Part shown: piece after piece, positions 20,406 through 30,553 of the stretch
How positions within the stretch are numbered: position 1 is the stretch's first letter
How the letters are laid out: each line of letters starts with the position of its first letter
Origin: Candidatus Thorarchaeota archaeon
Lineage (GTDB): Archaea; Asgardarchaeota; Thorarchaeia; Thorarchaeales; Thorarchaeaceae
Direction: 5' to 3'
Assembly (NCBI GenBank): GCA_029855935.1
Contig: JAGSHN010000012.1
Span: forward strand, 96,001-160,000
Length of the DNA stretch: 64,000 nt
Notes under the pieces: model-generated
Told to the model about the DNA's origin: nothing
What the model saw: only the letters and a program-made list of their open reading frames with translations
Databases searched by the model: none
Made by a program: the position numbers and the translations under genes

Positions 20406-21251
20406 TCATTGCCGTAGTGAGGATTGGCGGAGCCTGTCAACTGTCCCGATTGGTACGGTCACACCACCGAGCAGAGCGTAGGACTCTGGGTCATGATAGT
20501 CGCTTCCACCTGTCTCGATGAGGCCGAGCTCCCTTGCAGTCCTCCGGAGAGCATCAAACGCGTCTTTGCCAGGCGAGTTGGGATAGGCATATTCTACTTC
20601 GACGCCCCTCAGGCCGAGTTCCACAAGTTCTCTCAATAGTCCCTGGATGGTCTCTACGGGGAAGAAGAGTGGATGGGCGAGCACCGGGACTGCACCAACC
20701 GAGTCCAGCAGACGGACTCCATCATAGAGGTCAATCATCTCGCGTCGGACGTATGCGGGACGCCCCTCTCCCAAGTACCTCTCGAAGGCCTCGTTGATGT
20801 CCCTGACAACGCCTGCCTCGACAAGCAGGCGCGCGAGATGCGGTCTCCCCGGTGACTCTACGTTCTCCAGTATCGCTCTCACACTCTCCTCGTCGAGGTC
20901 GATACCAAGGTTGCGTAGACGCTCGACCATCTTTGGGAAACGCCGCTCTCTGCCCTCGCGGAAGTGTTGCAGCCTCTTCTCAAGTCTTGGCGAGTGTTCT
21001 GGCACCAAGTAGCCGAGGAGGTGAACCTCCTCCCCGTGCCAGTCTGTGCTTATCTCAATGCCGGGTACGCGGATGAGCCAGTCCGGTGCGGGTGTTTCGG
21101 TGAACTCTTGGAGCCCCGCTGTGGTGTCGTGATCCGTCAGGGCAACGCCGCCGAGATTGATGTCAACCGCCATTCGGACAATCTCTGCTGGCGGATGGAC
21201 GCCGTCTGAGCGGTCGCTGTGAACATGCAAATCCGCTTGGTCTCTACTCAA
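20406..21251 (-). CDS. PHP domain metal-dependent phosphoesterase (TrpH/YciV-like)
   Basis: DLHVHS..SDG, TDHD, HLLGY, GRPH, AHP, GGSDYH all intact. Confidence 0.93.
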   Translation of the reverse strand: MSRDQADLHVHSDRSDGVHPPAEIVRMAVDINLGGVALTDHDTTAGLQEFTETPAPDWLIRVPGIEISTDWHGEEVHLLGYLVPEHSPRLEKRLQHFREGRERRFPKMVERLRNLGIDLDEESVRAILENVESPGRPHLARLLVEAGVVRDINEAFERYLGEGRPAYVRREMIDLYDGVRLLDSVGAVPVLAHPLFFPVETIQGLLRELVELGLRGVEVEYAYPNSPGKDAFDALRRTARELGLIETGGSDYHDPESYALLGGVTVPIGTVDRLRQSSLRQ

Positions 21252-21660
21252 CGGGCCTCGCCTCCCTCACTAGAGTCCTGATGAGTGTGCGCACCCCGTG
21301 GCAGATCCGTCTTATCTCATCGTCTGATACTGTGCTGCGAGATGGGCACTCCTCGTCTACGATACATCTGTCAGCACGTGCGTCGTATACAACCGGATAG
21401 TATCTGCACCCTTCGGGTCTATGTTCATAGATCCTGCAGAGTTTCGAGGACGGGTCGTAGAAGAAGCAGTGTCCGTCTATATTGCGTAGTTCGTAAAAGC
21501 CGTCCTGCGCACGATGGACGAACTCATCTCTATCGTATCCGAGCGACTCGATACGTCGAATGTCATCCTGCGTGAGGGTCATCTCGGTCTTGAGGCAGCA
21601 GAGCCTATCCTCATCACAGTCGCCGTTGTGATTACAGACAAACGGGCTCAATATGTTCAT
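21244..21660 (-). CDS. YkgJ family cysteine-cluster protein
   Basis: C..CC, C.F, C.IYE.RP.GCR.YP; ATG 21660 follows GAGG. Confidence 0.85.
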   Translation of the reverse strand: MNILSPFVCNHNGDCDEDRLCCLKTEMTLTQDDIRRIESLGYDRDEFVHRAQDGFYELRNIDGHCFFYDPSSKLCRIYEHRPEGCRYYPVVYDARADRCIVDEECPSRSTVSDDEIRRICHGVRTLIRTLVREARPVE

Positions 21661-22261
21661 CGCCTCGGTGTGATGGGATTGCTGATGCTCGGTCGTCATC
21701 TGCTGTGGGTCAAGGAGGATGAACGGGCGGCCGGTCCTGCTGGGCCCACTCCACAACGTCGACCACTTGGTGACTGGTTGATTGGTCAGTCCCCATTCTG
21801 CGCATGGCCCTCTTCTATGCCCTAGTGTTTCCTCGGGTCAGCCGTCGGACGAGACCAGTCGTTTGGCCGTGGCCAGACGGACTGCCCGTAGTACTGACCT
21901 CAAGTCCTGTGCTCAGGGGCCTCTTGCCAGTCAGGCTCACGAATGTCAGTTCGTGGAGCCTTCTGATCACACGGACAAGGTCAGTAGGCTGGCTCATTGC
22001 ACCGCGGAGCAGTCGTCCACGGTCGAAGAGAGCGAGCAGGCGCTCAGCGATGTTCATAGTGGTTCATCCATGATGGGCAGCTCGGAGCATAGAACAAAAG
22101 GTTTTCCAAGTGACGTATCTGCTCCAACTCTCCTCGTCCAGACAGGCAGATCTGCGACACATCTCTTCACACTCCTGTTAGCGTGCCTGCGCCGCCAAAT
22201 GCCAAAGCGCTATAAGGCAGTTGGAGAGGTCAGTCGCAGACTCCAGCAGGTGACATCAGAG

Positions 22262-24076
22262 ATGCGAATCGCAGTTATCGACCGACACAGGTGCCGGCCC
22301 AAGGACTGCACTCACGAGTGCAGACGGTTCTGCCCCCGCGTCCGGACTGGCGACGAAACAGTGGTGTTTCCCGATGGTCCTGACAAGCCGCCAGTGATTG
22401 TAGAGGAACTATGCTCTGGTGAGGGCATCTGCGTCAGAAAGTGTCCGTATCATGCGATTAGCATAGTGAATCTACCTGAGAAGCTGGAGACTGACACGAG
22501 CCACCGCTATGGTGTGAACGGGTTCCAGCTGTTCCGACTGCCAATACCAAAGGAGGGCCGTGTGCTGGGCCTGATTGGTCCCAATGGTGTCGGAAAGACG
22601 ACGGCCATAAGAATACTTGCGGGAGAGATCAGACCGAACCTTGGTCGAATTGACGACCCCCCCGACTGGGACGAGATCATCCTTGAGTTTCGCGGGTCGG
22701 AGCTCCAGCCCTTCTTTGAGAGAATGCGAGATGGTGTCATCACCAGTGTCCATAAGCCTCAGACCATCACTGACCTCCCCAAGGTCAGGAACATTGCGGA
22801 GCGTCCAATCAGTGAGCTGCTGGAGTCCGTCGACACGTCGGGCCGTCTTGACGAGCTGAAGGCGGATATGGGCCTTCGAGAGATCTGGGACCGTCCTGTC
22901 AAGTTCCTCAGTGGTGGCGAACTCCAGAGGGTCGCCGTGACAGCGGCAATTGTGCGTGAGGGAGATATCTACTTCTTTGACGAGCCGACAGCATATCTTG
23001 ATGTCCGAGAGCGGCTCCGTGTGGGAAAGGCCATCCGCCAGCTGTCCGAGATGGGAAAGACAGTCGTTGTCGTCGAGCACGACCTATCTATTCTCGACTA
23101 CGTGTCGGACCTTGTCTGCATCTTCTACGGCGACCCGGGTGTCTATGGTATAGTCTCTCATCCTCACAGCACACGCGTGGGCATCAACATATTCCTTGAT
23201 GGTTTCATCCCAGACGAGAACATGCGCTTCCGTGACATGGCAATCTCGTTCAAGGGCATGACCTCTGAGGACGAGGAGTTCATTGGTGCCGAGACACTTC
23301 TCCAGTATGGCAAGATGCGGAAGCGTTTCGAGAACTTTGAGCTTTTGGTCCACGGTGGACGTGTGGCGCGAGGCCAGATCATCGGGATACTCGGTCCCAA
23401 CGGTATTGGCAAGACTACGTTCGTCAAGATGCTGGCAGGCATAATCGAGCCCGACGAGGGCGAGGTGCCGACAAAGACGGTCTTGGGGACTGACCTGAAG
23501 GTGTCGTACAAGCCTCAGTACATTGAGCAGGACTTCCCCGGCACGGTCCGTATGTACCTGCGTGAGGCTGGCGGTGCGGTCATCGACACTGCAGACTTCA
23601 GGACCGCTGTCCTGCGTCGTCTGGGCCTTGAGAATCTGCTCGACCACGCAGTGACGGACCTGAGCGGTGGAGAGCTCCAGAGGACAGAGATTGCGGCGTG
23701 TCTGGCACGGGACGCGGACATCTATCTCTTCGACGAGCCATCGGCCTTCCTTGATGTCGAACAGCGTCTGGCGGCCTCACGTGCCATCCGGCGGATGATT
23801 CAGGGTGCTGGGAAGACAGCGTTCGTGGTGGAGCACTCAATCCTGATGGCGGACTACCTGAGCGACAGTCTGGTCGTCTTCAATGGTACTCCCGGACGGT
23901 ATGGTGAGGCATCACCCGTGATGACACTGCGCAGGGGGATGAATATGTTCCTGAAAGATATGGGGGTGACCTTCCGGCGCGACCCCCAGACTGGTCGTCC
24001 GAGGGTCAACAAGGACGGTTCGCAGCTTGACCGCCAGCAGAAGGCGATGGGCGAGTACTACTACATCGGCAAGTGA
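22262..24076 (+). CDS. rli: ribosome recycling ATPase ABCE1/Rli1
   Basis: MRIAVID..CRPKDC..EC...CP Fe-S domain, two GPNG.GKTT and two LSGGELQR motifs, TFRRDP..GRPRVNK tail. Confidence 0.97.
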   Translation: MRIAVIDRHRCRPKDCTHECRRFCPRVRTGDETVVFPDGPDKPPVIVEELCSGEGICVRKCPYHAISIVNLPEKLETDTSHRYGVNGFQLFRLPIPKEGRVLGLIGPNGVGKTTAIRILAGEIRPNLGRIDDPPDWDEIILEFRGSELQPFFERMRDGVITSVHKPQTITDLPKVRNIAERPISELLESVDTSGRLDELKADMGLREIWDRPVKFLSGGELQRVAVTAAIVREGDIYFFDEPTAYLDVRERLRVGKAIRQLSEMGKTVVVVEHDLSILDYVSDLVCIFYGDPGVYGIVSHPHSTRVGINIFLDGFIPDENMRFRDMAISFKGMTSEDEEFIGAETLLQYGKMRKRFENFELLVHGGRVARGQIIGILGPNGIGKTTFVKMLAGIIEPDEGEVPTKTVLGTDLKVSYKPQYIEQDFPGTVRMYLREAGGAVIDTADFRTAVLRRLGLENLLDHAVTDLSGGELQRTEIAACLARDADIYLFDEPSAFLDVEQRLAASRAIRRMIQGAGKTAFVVEHSILMADYLSDSLVVFNGTPGRYGEASPVMTLRRGMNMFLKDMGVTFRRDPQTGRPRVNKDGSQLDRQQKAMGEYYYIGK

Positions 24077-24078
24077 GA

Positions 24079-24906
24079 CTAACGTTTCAGGCCTCTGTAC
24101 CAGTATGTCCTGTTCCCTCTTCTCTTCTCCTCGTCCATCTCCGCGAGCACTCGCACAGCCTCGTTGGCGCATCTGACAACATCGTCCTCGCCGCGCACCG
24201 CAAACTCGTCCCGTATCCTGTTGGCATAGACGGCACACACTGCTCCAGTCCTGAATCCATAGATGTTGCCAAGCGTGAAGAGTGTAGCTGCCTCCATCTC
24301 GAAGTTAGCCACATTTGCCCTCGTGAGGTCCTTGATCAGAGTCTCGCTCATGCTCTGAGTATAGCCGCCGAACCCTGGTCTTGACTGACCCAAGTAGAAT
24401 GAGTCCGTTGAGGCGGATATCCCAAGATGGTATCTCAGCCCCAGACTCTCTGCAGCCTCTATGAGCGCAAGAACCACCTCGTAAGAGGCAGCAGCAGGAT
24501 ATTCGGCCCTCACATACTGTCTACTCGTCCCCTCCAGTCGCACGGCCGCTGTTGATATGATCAGGTCACCGAGGTCTACGTCCTTCTTCAGGGTGGCTGT
24601 CGACCCGACACGGATGAATGTCCTCGCTCCGACGTTGGCGAGCTCCTCCACGACGATGGCCGTGCCGGGGCCTCCTATGCCTGTTGAGCAGGCTGACAAC
24701 GGGACCCCCTTGTAGGTTCCCGTGTGAGTGACGAACTGACGATGCGATGCCACCTGTCTTCTCGTTTCCCAATACGAGCTTATCTTCTCGACGCGCTGGG
24801 GATCCCCTGGCATCAGAACGACCTCTGCCACGTCACCCTCACCCACCTCTAGATGGTACTGTTTCCTGTCCTCCGTGACTGGCCGGGTTGCTGACACACG
24901 CTTCAT
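24079..24906 (-). CDS. udp: uridine/nucleoside phosphorylase
   Basis: QYHL, PGDPQR, STGIGG, RVGS, RLEGTS, DSFYLGQ, NFEME. Confidence 0.92.
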   Translation of the reverse strand: MKRVSATRPVTEDRKQYHLEVGEGDVAEVVLMPGDPQRVEKISSYWETRRQVASHRQFVTHTGTYKGVPLSACSTGIGGPGTAIVVEELANVGARTFIRVGSTATLKKDVDLGDLIISTAAVRLEGTSRQYVRAEYPAAASYEVVLALIEAAESLGLRYHLGISASTDSFYLGQSRPGFGGYTQSMSETLIKDLTRANVANFEMEAATLFTLGNIYGFRTGAVCAVYANRIRDEFAVRGEDDVVRCANEAVRVLAEMDEEKRRGNRTYWYRGLKR

Positions 24907-25014
24907 CGTGACACACTCTTTCCCCGTATCGTCTTGCGTCCCGCGTTTTGTTCCTTTCGTATCGAAGGTTTCTATAGGCGTTGTGACCAGAGTAGTGTGT
25001 TCAGGTGTCTGCTG

Positions 25015-25905
25015 ATGAGTCCTGTCGACGACCGACTGAAGCATCTACCATTGGGAAAACTTGTCCGTCTTCACAGGCTGCTCTACGAACACGGCCCGGG
25101 CAACGGACGCCTGTTGATACTGCCCATTGATCAGGGGCTGGAGCACGGTCCTGTGGACTTCTTTCCAAATCCCGAGTCTGCCAACCCGGATTTCCAGTTC
25201 AGGCTTGCACGCGAGGGTGGCTTCTCCGCCATCGTTCTGCATCTTGGCTTGGCGCAGAAGTACGCGCGCGAGTATGCGGGAGAGGTGCCCATAGTCCTCA
25301 AGCTGAATGGAAAGACAAACATTCCATCGGATGCGCACGCCCTCTCTGCGCTGACTGCCTCAGTCGAGGATGCTGTGAGAATTGGTGCCGACGCCGTTGG
25401 ATACACTATGTACGTCGGGAGCCCGAACCAACACACGGACTTTATGCAGTTCCGCAGGGTCAAGGCCGATGCTGACAGGTACGGGATGCCTGTGATACTC
25501 TGGTCCTACCCCCGTGGAGAGGCCATCGAACGCAAGGGTGGTCGGGACTCTCTCTATGCCATAGACTACGCAGCCAGGGTGGCCTGCGAGCTCGGTGCGG
25601 ACCTCGTGAAGCTGAACGTACCTGTGGATGACCCTGCACGCAGGGGCGACCAGCCCGAGCCGTACTCATCACTCTCGCTCTCCCTTGAGGAGCGTGTTCG
25701 AAAGGTCATAGAGTCCGCTGGCAGGACGCTTGTGCTGTTCTCGGGGGGTCACAGGGTGAGCGATGACGATCTTCTCCGTAGGGCACGCGTCTGTGTCGAA
25801 CAGGGCGCCACTGGACTGATCTTCGGACGTAATGTGTGGCAACGTGAGTTTGGTGATGCTCTACGTATCGCACACGAGCTGAGACGCATCCTTGGGGCCA
25901 GCTGA
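25015..25905 (+). CDS. class I fructose-bisphosphate aldolase (DhnA/FbaB type)
   Basis: PIDQGLEHGP, KLNGKT, WSYPRG, GADLVK (Schiff-base Lys), FSGG, FGRNVWQ. Confidence 0.92.
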   Translation: MSPVDDRLKHLPLGKLVRLHRLLYEHGPGNGRLLILPIDQGLEHGPVDFFPNPESANPDFQFRLAREGGFSAIVLHLGLAQKYAREYAGEVPIVLKLNGKTNIPSDAHALSALTASVEDAVRIGADAVGYTMYVGSPNQHTDFMQFRRVKADADRYGMPVILWSYPRGEAIERKGGRDSLYAIDYAARVACELGADLVKLNVPVDDPARRGDQPEPYSSLSLSLEERVRKVIESAGRTLVLFSGGHRVSDDDLLRRARVCVEQGATGLIFGRNVWQREFGDALRIAHELRRILGAS

Positions 25906-26075
25906 TCACGACAGGGTCGTCATGCCAAAGTATTATATGGACATAGAATATCGTCTGCGCGACTGCACCATTCGGACTCCGACAGACCTAAAAGGAGAGC
26001 AGGAGGCGTCGGAATCCTCTCAACAGGTGTTGTCATCACCGGTTCAGTCGTACAGGCGTCAGGAGCATGTTGACG

Positions 26076-27224
26076 ATGGTCGAAACTACAATTAGCGTCA
26101 TCAAGGCCGACATTGGCTCACTGGGTGGTCATGTTGTCGTGCCTGACTTTCTGATGGAGCTCGCACGCAAGAGATTGAAGGAAGCAGTACAGAAGGGCAT
26201 CATCAAGGACTTCTACGTTGCCAATGCTGGCGATGACCTCGAACTCATCATGACCCATCACAGAGGTGAGGGTTCCGAGGACGTCCATCGCCTTGCCTGG
26301 GACATCTTCAATGAGGGCGCCAAGCTGGCACGCGAGAAGAAGATCTATGCTGCCGGACAGGACATCCTCTCCGATACCTTCAGCGGAAACGTCCGTGGTA
26401 TGGGTCCCGGTTCTGCAGAGATGACGATTGAGGAACGCAAGTCTGAGCCGATAGCCGTCTTCATGGCTGACAAGACGGAGCCCGGGGCATTCAACCTCCC
26501 GCTCTTCAGGATATTCGCGGACCCATTCAACACTGCAGGTCTGGTGATTGATCCGAACCTCCATCAGGGTTTCGTGTTTGTAGTCCAAGACATCAAGCAG
26601 TCGGAGCCGCACTTTGTAGGGTTGCGCTGTCCTGAGGAGATGTACGACCTGTTGGCCCTGCTTGGGAGCACGAGCAGATATACAATAAAGAAGATCTATC
26701 GCAAGGACGGCCTCGTGGCTGCCTCTGTCAGCACCGACAAGCTGCATCAGATTGCGGGTAAGTACATTGGCAAGGACGATCCTGTGGCGATCGTCCGTGC
26801 CCACTCAGGTCTTCCGGCCATGGGTGAGGTCCTTGAGGGCTTCACAATTCCTCATCTCGTTGCGGGATGGATGAGAGGCTCTCATGTCGGTCCACTGATG
26901 CCAGTCGGTCTGAAGGACTCTCGTTGTACACGATTCGATGGGCCGCCACGGGTCGTAGGTCTTGGATTCCAGGTTCACGACGGTCTACTCCTCGGTCCTG
27001 TCGACTTCTTCGAGGATGTGGCGTTCGATCAGACGCGTCAGCGTGCGATGGAGGTTGTGGACTATCTGCGGCGTCACGGCCCCTTCATGCCACATCGTCT
27101 TGACGAGGAGTCGATGGAGTACACCACACTGCCGAATGTGCTGAAGCGTCTTGAGGGACGCTTCTCGGACACAGAGATAGTAGTAACTGGTCAGGTATCT
27201 GATGACTCTGACTCGGCCGAGTGA
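26076..27224 (+). CDS. fbp: bifunctional fructose-1,6-bisphosphate aldolase/phosphatase
   Basis: SVIKADIG, GDD, AGQD, DKTEPGAFN, GKYIGKDDP, GWMRGSH.GPLMP, MEYTT. Confidence 0.97.
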   Translation: MVETTISVIKADIGSLGGHVVVPDFLMELARKRLKEAVQKGIIKDFYVANAGDDLELIMTHHRGEGSEDVHRLAWDIFNEGAKLAREKKIYAAGQDILSDTFSGNVRGMGPGSAEMTIEERKSEPIAVFMADKTEPGAFNLPLFRIFADPFNTAGLVIDPNLHQGFVFVVQDIKQSEPHFVGLRCPEEMYDLLALLGSTSRYTIKKIYRKDGLVAASVSTDKLHQIAGKYIGKDDPVAIVRAHSGLPAMGEVLEGFTIPHLVAGWMRGSHVGPLMPVGLKDSRCTRFDGPPRVVGLGFQVHDGLLLGPVDFFEDVAFDQTRQRAMEVVDYLRRHGPFMPHRLDEESMEYTTLPNVLKRLEGRFSDTEIVVTGQVSDDSDSAE

Positions 27225-27353
27225 GAGCGTGGCGTGGCAGGAGAGATTCCGCGGCTCTCCTGCCTCCTTTCGCCCTGTGAGGTCGATCGCCCACATACAG
27301 CAGTACGAACTGTGCTCAGACGAAACGAAGTGCAGAGAGTGAATGGATGCTCA

Positions 27354-27674
27354 CTATCCGGTGCGCTTTATGATATGATACCCGAACTTGGTCTTGACGG
27401 GCTCGTGGGTCATCTGGCCGACGTTTAGGCTGAACACCGCCCGTTCGAACTCGGGGACCATCTGGCCTCTGGTGAACCAGCCCAGATCTCCACCCTTCTT
27501 CTTTGAGGGGCAACTGCTGTATTGTCTGGCCATCTCTGCAAAGTCGGCGCCCTCAGATATCCTCCGGATGATCTCCACGGCCTGACTGTGTTTCTCAACG
27601 AGGATGTGGCTTGCCCGGACCTTCCCGGCCTTTCCCTTCTCTCTCTTCTTCGTCTTACCTTTGCCCTTTCCCAT
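27354..27674 (-). CDS. parvulin-type peptidyl-prolyl cis-trans isomerase
   Basis: VRASHILV, YSSCPS..KGGDLGWF, MVPEFE, TKFGYHII. Confidence 0.95.
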   Translation of the reverse strand: MGKGKGKTKKREKGKAGKVRASHILVEKHSQAVEIIRRISEGADFAEMARQYSSCPSKKKGGDLGWFTRGQMVPEFERAVFSLNVGQMTHEPVKTKFGYHIIKRTG

Positions 27675-27823
27675 TCGACATACCGCCTGTGACGTTTCCG
27701 TGCGTCGCTTCATCGCAGGGATGCCAGTCTGTTAAGAGTTGCTGAGTGAATAATATGCAGATGAGCATTGGGGAATGACACCATTTCATTAGTCATAGTT
27801 TCGCTGGATGCTGTGATGAAACG

Positions 27824-28045
27824 ATGAAGGTCGTGACTATCTGCCTGCCCGAGTCATATGTTGAGGGGATGGACAAGCTCATCAAGAAGGCTATGTACCC
27901 CAATCGCTCTGAGGTGATTCGTATTGCCATTCGCGACCTCTTGATGGATGAGCTCTGGGGATCCCGTCGGTCAGGACACTCCCGTCCTCTGATGACACAC
28001 ATAGAGGAGTCCCTCGCAGAGTCTTGTTCCCGCGCGAGCGAGTGA
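27824..28045 (+). CDS. ribbon-helix-helix (CopG/Arc/MetJ) regulator
   Basis: MKVVTICLP...YPNRSEVIRIAIRDLL. Confidence 0.9.
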   Translation: MKVVTICLPESYVEGMDKLIKKAMYPNRSEVIRIAIRDLLMDELWGSRRSGHSRPLMTHIEESLAESCSRASE

Positions 28046-28192
28046 CCGTACCTTGCATATCTTCTCTCACCGATGTATTTGACCGAGCTACCTTTTTTTG
28101 TTCTCACTTCTACAGACTCGACCGAGTCTGAGTGTCGTGTATCGACATCAGAGACATACGTGACAATGCTCCACCAATGGAGTTGAAGAAGA

Positions 28193-28822
28193 ATGGTAAT
28201 GCGCAGGTTGTTTGGTCGGAAGAAGGAAGAAAAGAAAGAAGAAAAGGGGACCGAAGAGGCCGTCGAAGAGGCTGCCGAAGCGGCGGCCGAGGAAACAGCC
28301 GCGGAGGCAGCTGAGGGGCCAGTGCCAGAACCGGAGAGTGCTGCTGCCGAAGAGAGCAGCCCACTGGAGGTTGTCAACGAGCCCGCGGCAGAGTCGAGGC
28401 CCGAAAGTGCCGCTCCTGAGGAGACGATTCCCTATCATGACTCTCTTCAGAAGCGACTGAAGTATCTCCTTGAGGAGTCTGAGATCTCATCTACAATTCG
28501 ACCAGAGGACGAGTTTACAATCGAGATCATGGCGATGGGTGAGCGAGTGTGGGTCAGAAAGAGAGCGCACGGCCCTATAGAGTACGGCACTGGTGCCATA
28601 TCTGACAAAGATGTCTTCATCCGGGTCGCGAACGACGTCGTGCGTGAGCTGCTTGACGCACCCAACTTCACAGAGTTCTCGCGTACCTACATGCACTACT
28701 ACCGGAATGCTGACCCAGGAAAGTTCGTAAAGATTGAGCTTCGGAGATCAATCGATGAACTCACGCCTCGCGGCTATGCTCGCTGTCCACTGTTGAAGCT
28801 GCTGGTCGGCGAGTGGAGATAG
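28193..28822 (+). CDS. hypothetical protein: basic N-terminus, acidic linker, possible SCP2-like C-terminal domain
   Basis: RRLFGRKK, then an E/A/P-rich tract, then a globular domain. Confidence 0.7.
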   Translation: MVMRRLFGRKKEEKKEEKGTEEAVEEAAEAAAEETAAEAAEGPVPEPESAAAEESSPLEVVNEPAAESRPESAAPEETIPYHDSLQKRLKYLLEESEISSTIRPEDEFTIEIMAMGERVWVRKRAHGPIEYGTGAISDKDVFIRVANDVVRELLDAPNFTEFSRTYMHYYRNADPGKFVKIELRRSIDELTPRGYARCPLLKLLVGEWR

Positions 28823-28893
28823 TCGTTCTCTGAGGTACCTTCACCAACCTTATATTGTGGGGCGCAGGGCAACGCGCACCAGTTGCCCTGTGA

Positions 28894-29610
<717 letters not shown>

Positions 29611-29653
29611 AGCGCGCATACGTACGTCACTGTTCGTGCCGTGGGTGGGACCA

Positions 29654-30553
29654 ATGGTGAAGGTATCAATAGAATGTGCCCATTGTCTGCTCCAGAGAGC
29701 CGTGAATCAAGTACAGCTTGCAACAGACGACCCCGAACTTCAGATGCGAGTCATAGCGGAGATGACCCGATTTCTTGCGAAGCGGTTCACTGCAGATGCA
29801 GTCCCCAGCCACATCGGTACGGACCGTGACCTGCTCGTACAGAGGATGACCGGACGTGATCCCTATGCGGACCTGAAGCGGCAGTCCAACAAGATGGCGC
29901 TACAGCTGCTACCCCGCCTCCTCTCGATAGTGGAGTCCTCGCCGGACGGGGAGGCGAGATTCCGGCGGGCCGCCCTGATTGCTGCAGCGGCAAACGCTAT
30001 CGAGTTCGATGTGTCGGGTCGTGACTTCAGCCTTGAGGAACTCCAGTCAATACTAGACAGGGTGGAGCACGATCTCGCTATCGACATGGTTGACGAGTTC
30101 AGGCACCTCTGCTCCGAGGTTGACGAGGTCATCTATCTGACGGACAACGCCGGAGAGATAGTACTCGATACTGTTCTCATATCCGAGATTCGTCGGCTGG
30201 GTCCGCGCGTGGTTGTCTACGTCAAGGGTGGGCCAGTCCTCAACGACGCGACAATGGAGGACGCTGAGGAGGTCGGTCTTCATCGGTACGCCGACGAGGT
30301 GCGTGACACGGGTGCTCCCGCCATTGGGGTCAATCCCGAGCGAAACTCAAGGGAATTCCTCGATGCGGTCCTCTCTGCTCAGCTGATCGTCGCCAAGGGG
30401 ATGGGCAACTACGAGTCTATGACCGAGTTCGACCCGCCCTGTCCCGTCGTCCACATCATGCGCACGAAGTGCAACACAGTCGCAAGTCACGTGGGTGTTC
30501 CGCGGGACAAGAACGTGGTCCTGATACGATATCCTCCGCAGCAGGTCACCTAG
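29654..30553 (+). CDS. DUF89/ARMT1-like damage-control phosphatase
   Basis: EC..C, DPY...K, TDNAGE, NDAT, KGMGNYE, KC..VA. Confidence 0.92.
   Translation: MVKVSIECAHCLLQRAVNQVQLATDDPELQMRVIAEMTRFLAKRFTADAVPSHIGTDRDLLVQRMTGRDPYADLKRQSNKMALQLLPRLLSIVESSPDGEARFRRAALIAAAANAIEFDVSGRDFSLEELQSILDRVEHDLAIDMVDEFRHLCSEVDEVIYLTDNAGEIVLDTVLISEIRRLGPRVVVYVKGGPVLNDATMEDAEEVGLHRYADEVRDTGAPAIGVNPERNSREFLDAVLSAQLIVAKGMGNYESMTEFDPPCPVVHIMRTKCNTVASHVGVPRDKNVVLIRYPPQQVT

Noticed and set aside
21661-22261. 600-nt gap: N-terminal extension of Rli (track start 21782), the 80-aa ORF 21815..22057, or an ncRNA
   Set aside because: ABCE1 homology starts at MRIAVID (22262). The small ORFs have no recognisable motif, and I saw no SRP or RNase P signature. 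Left unannotated.
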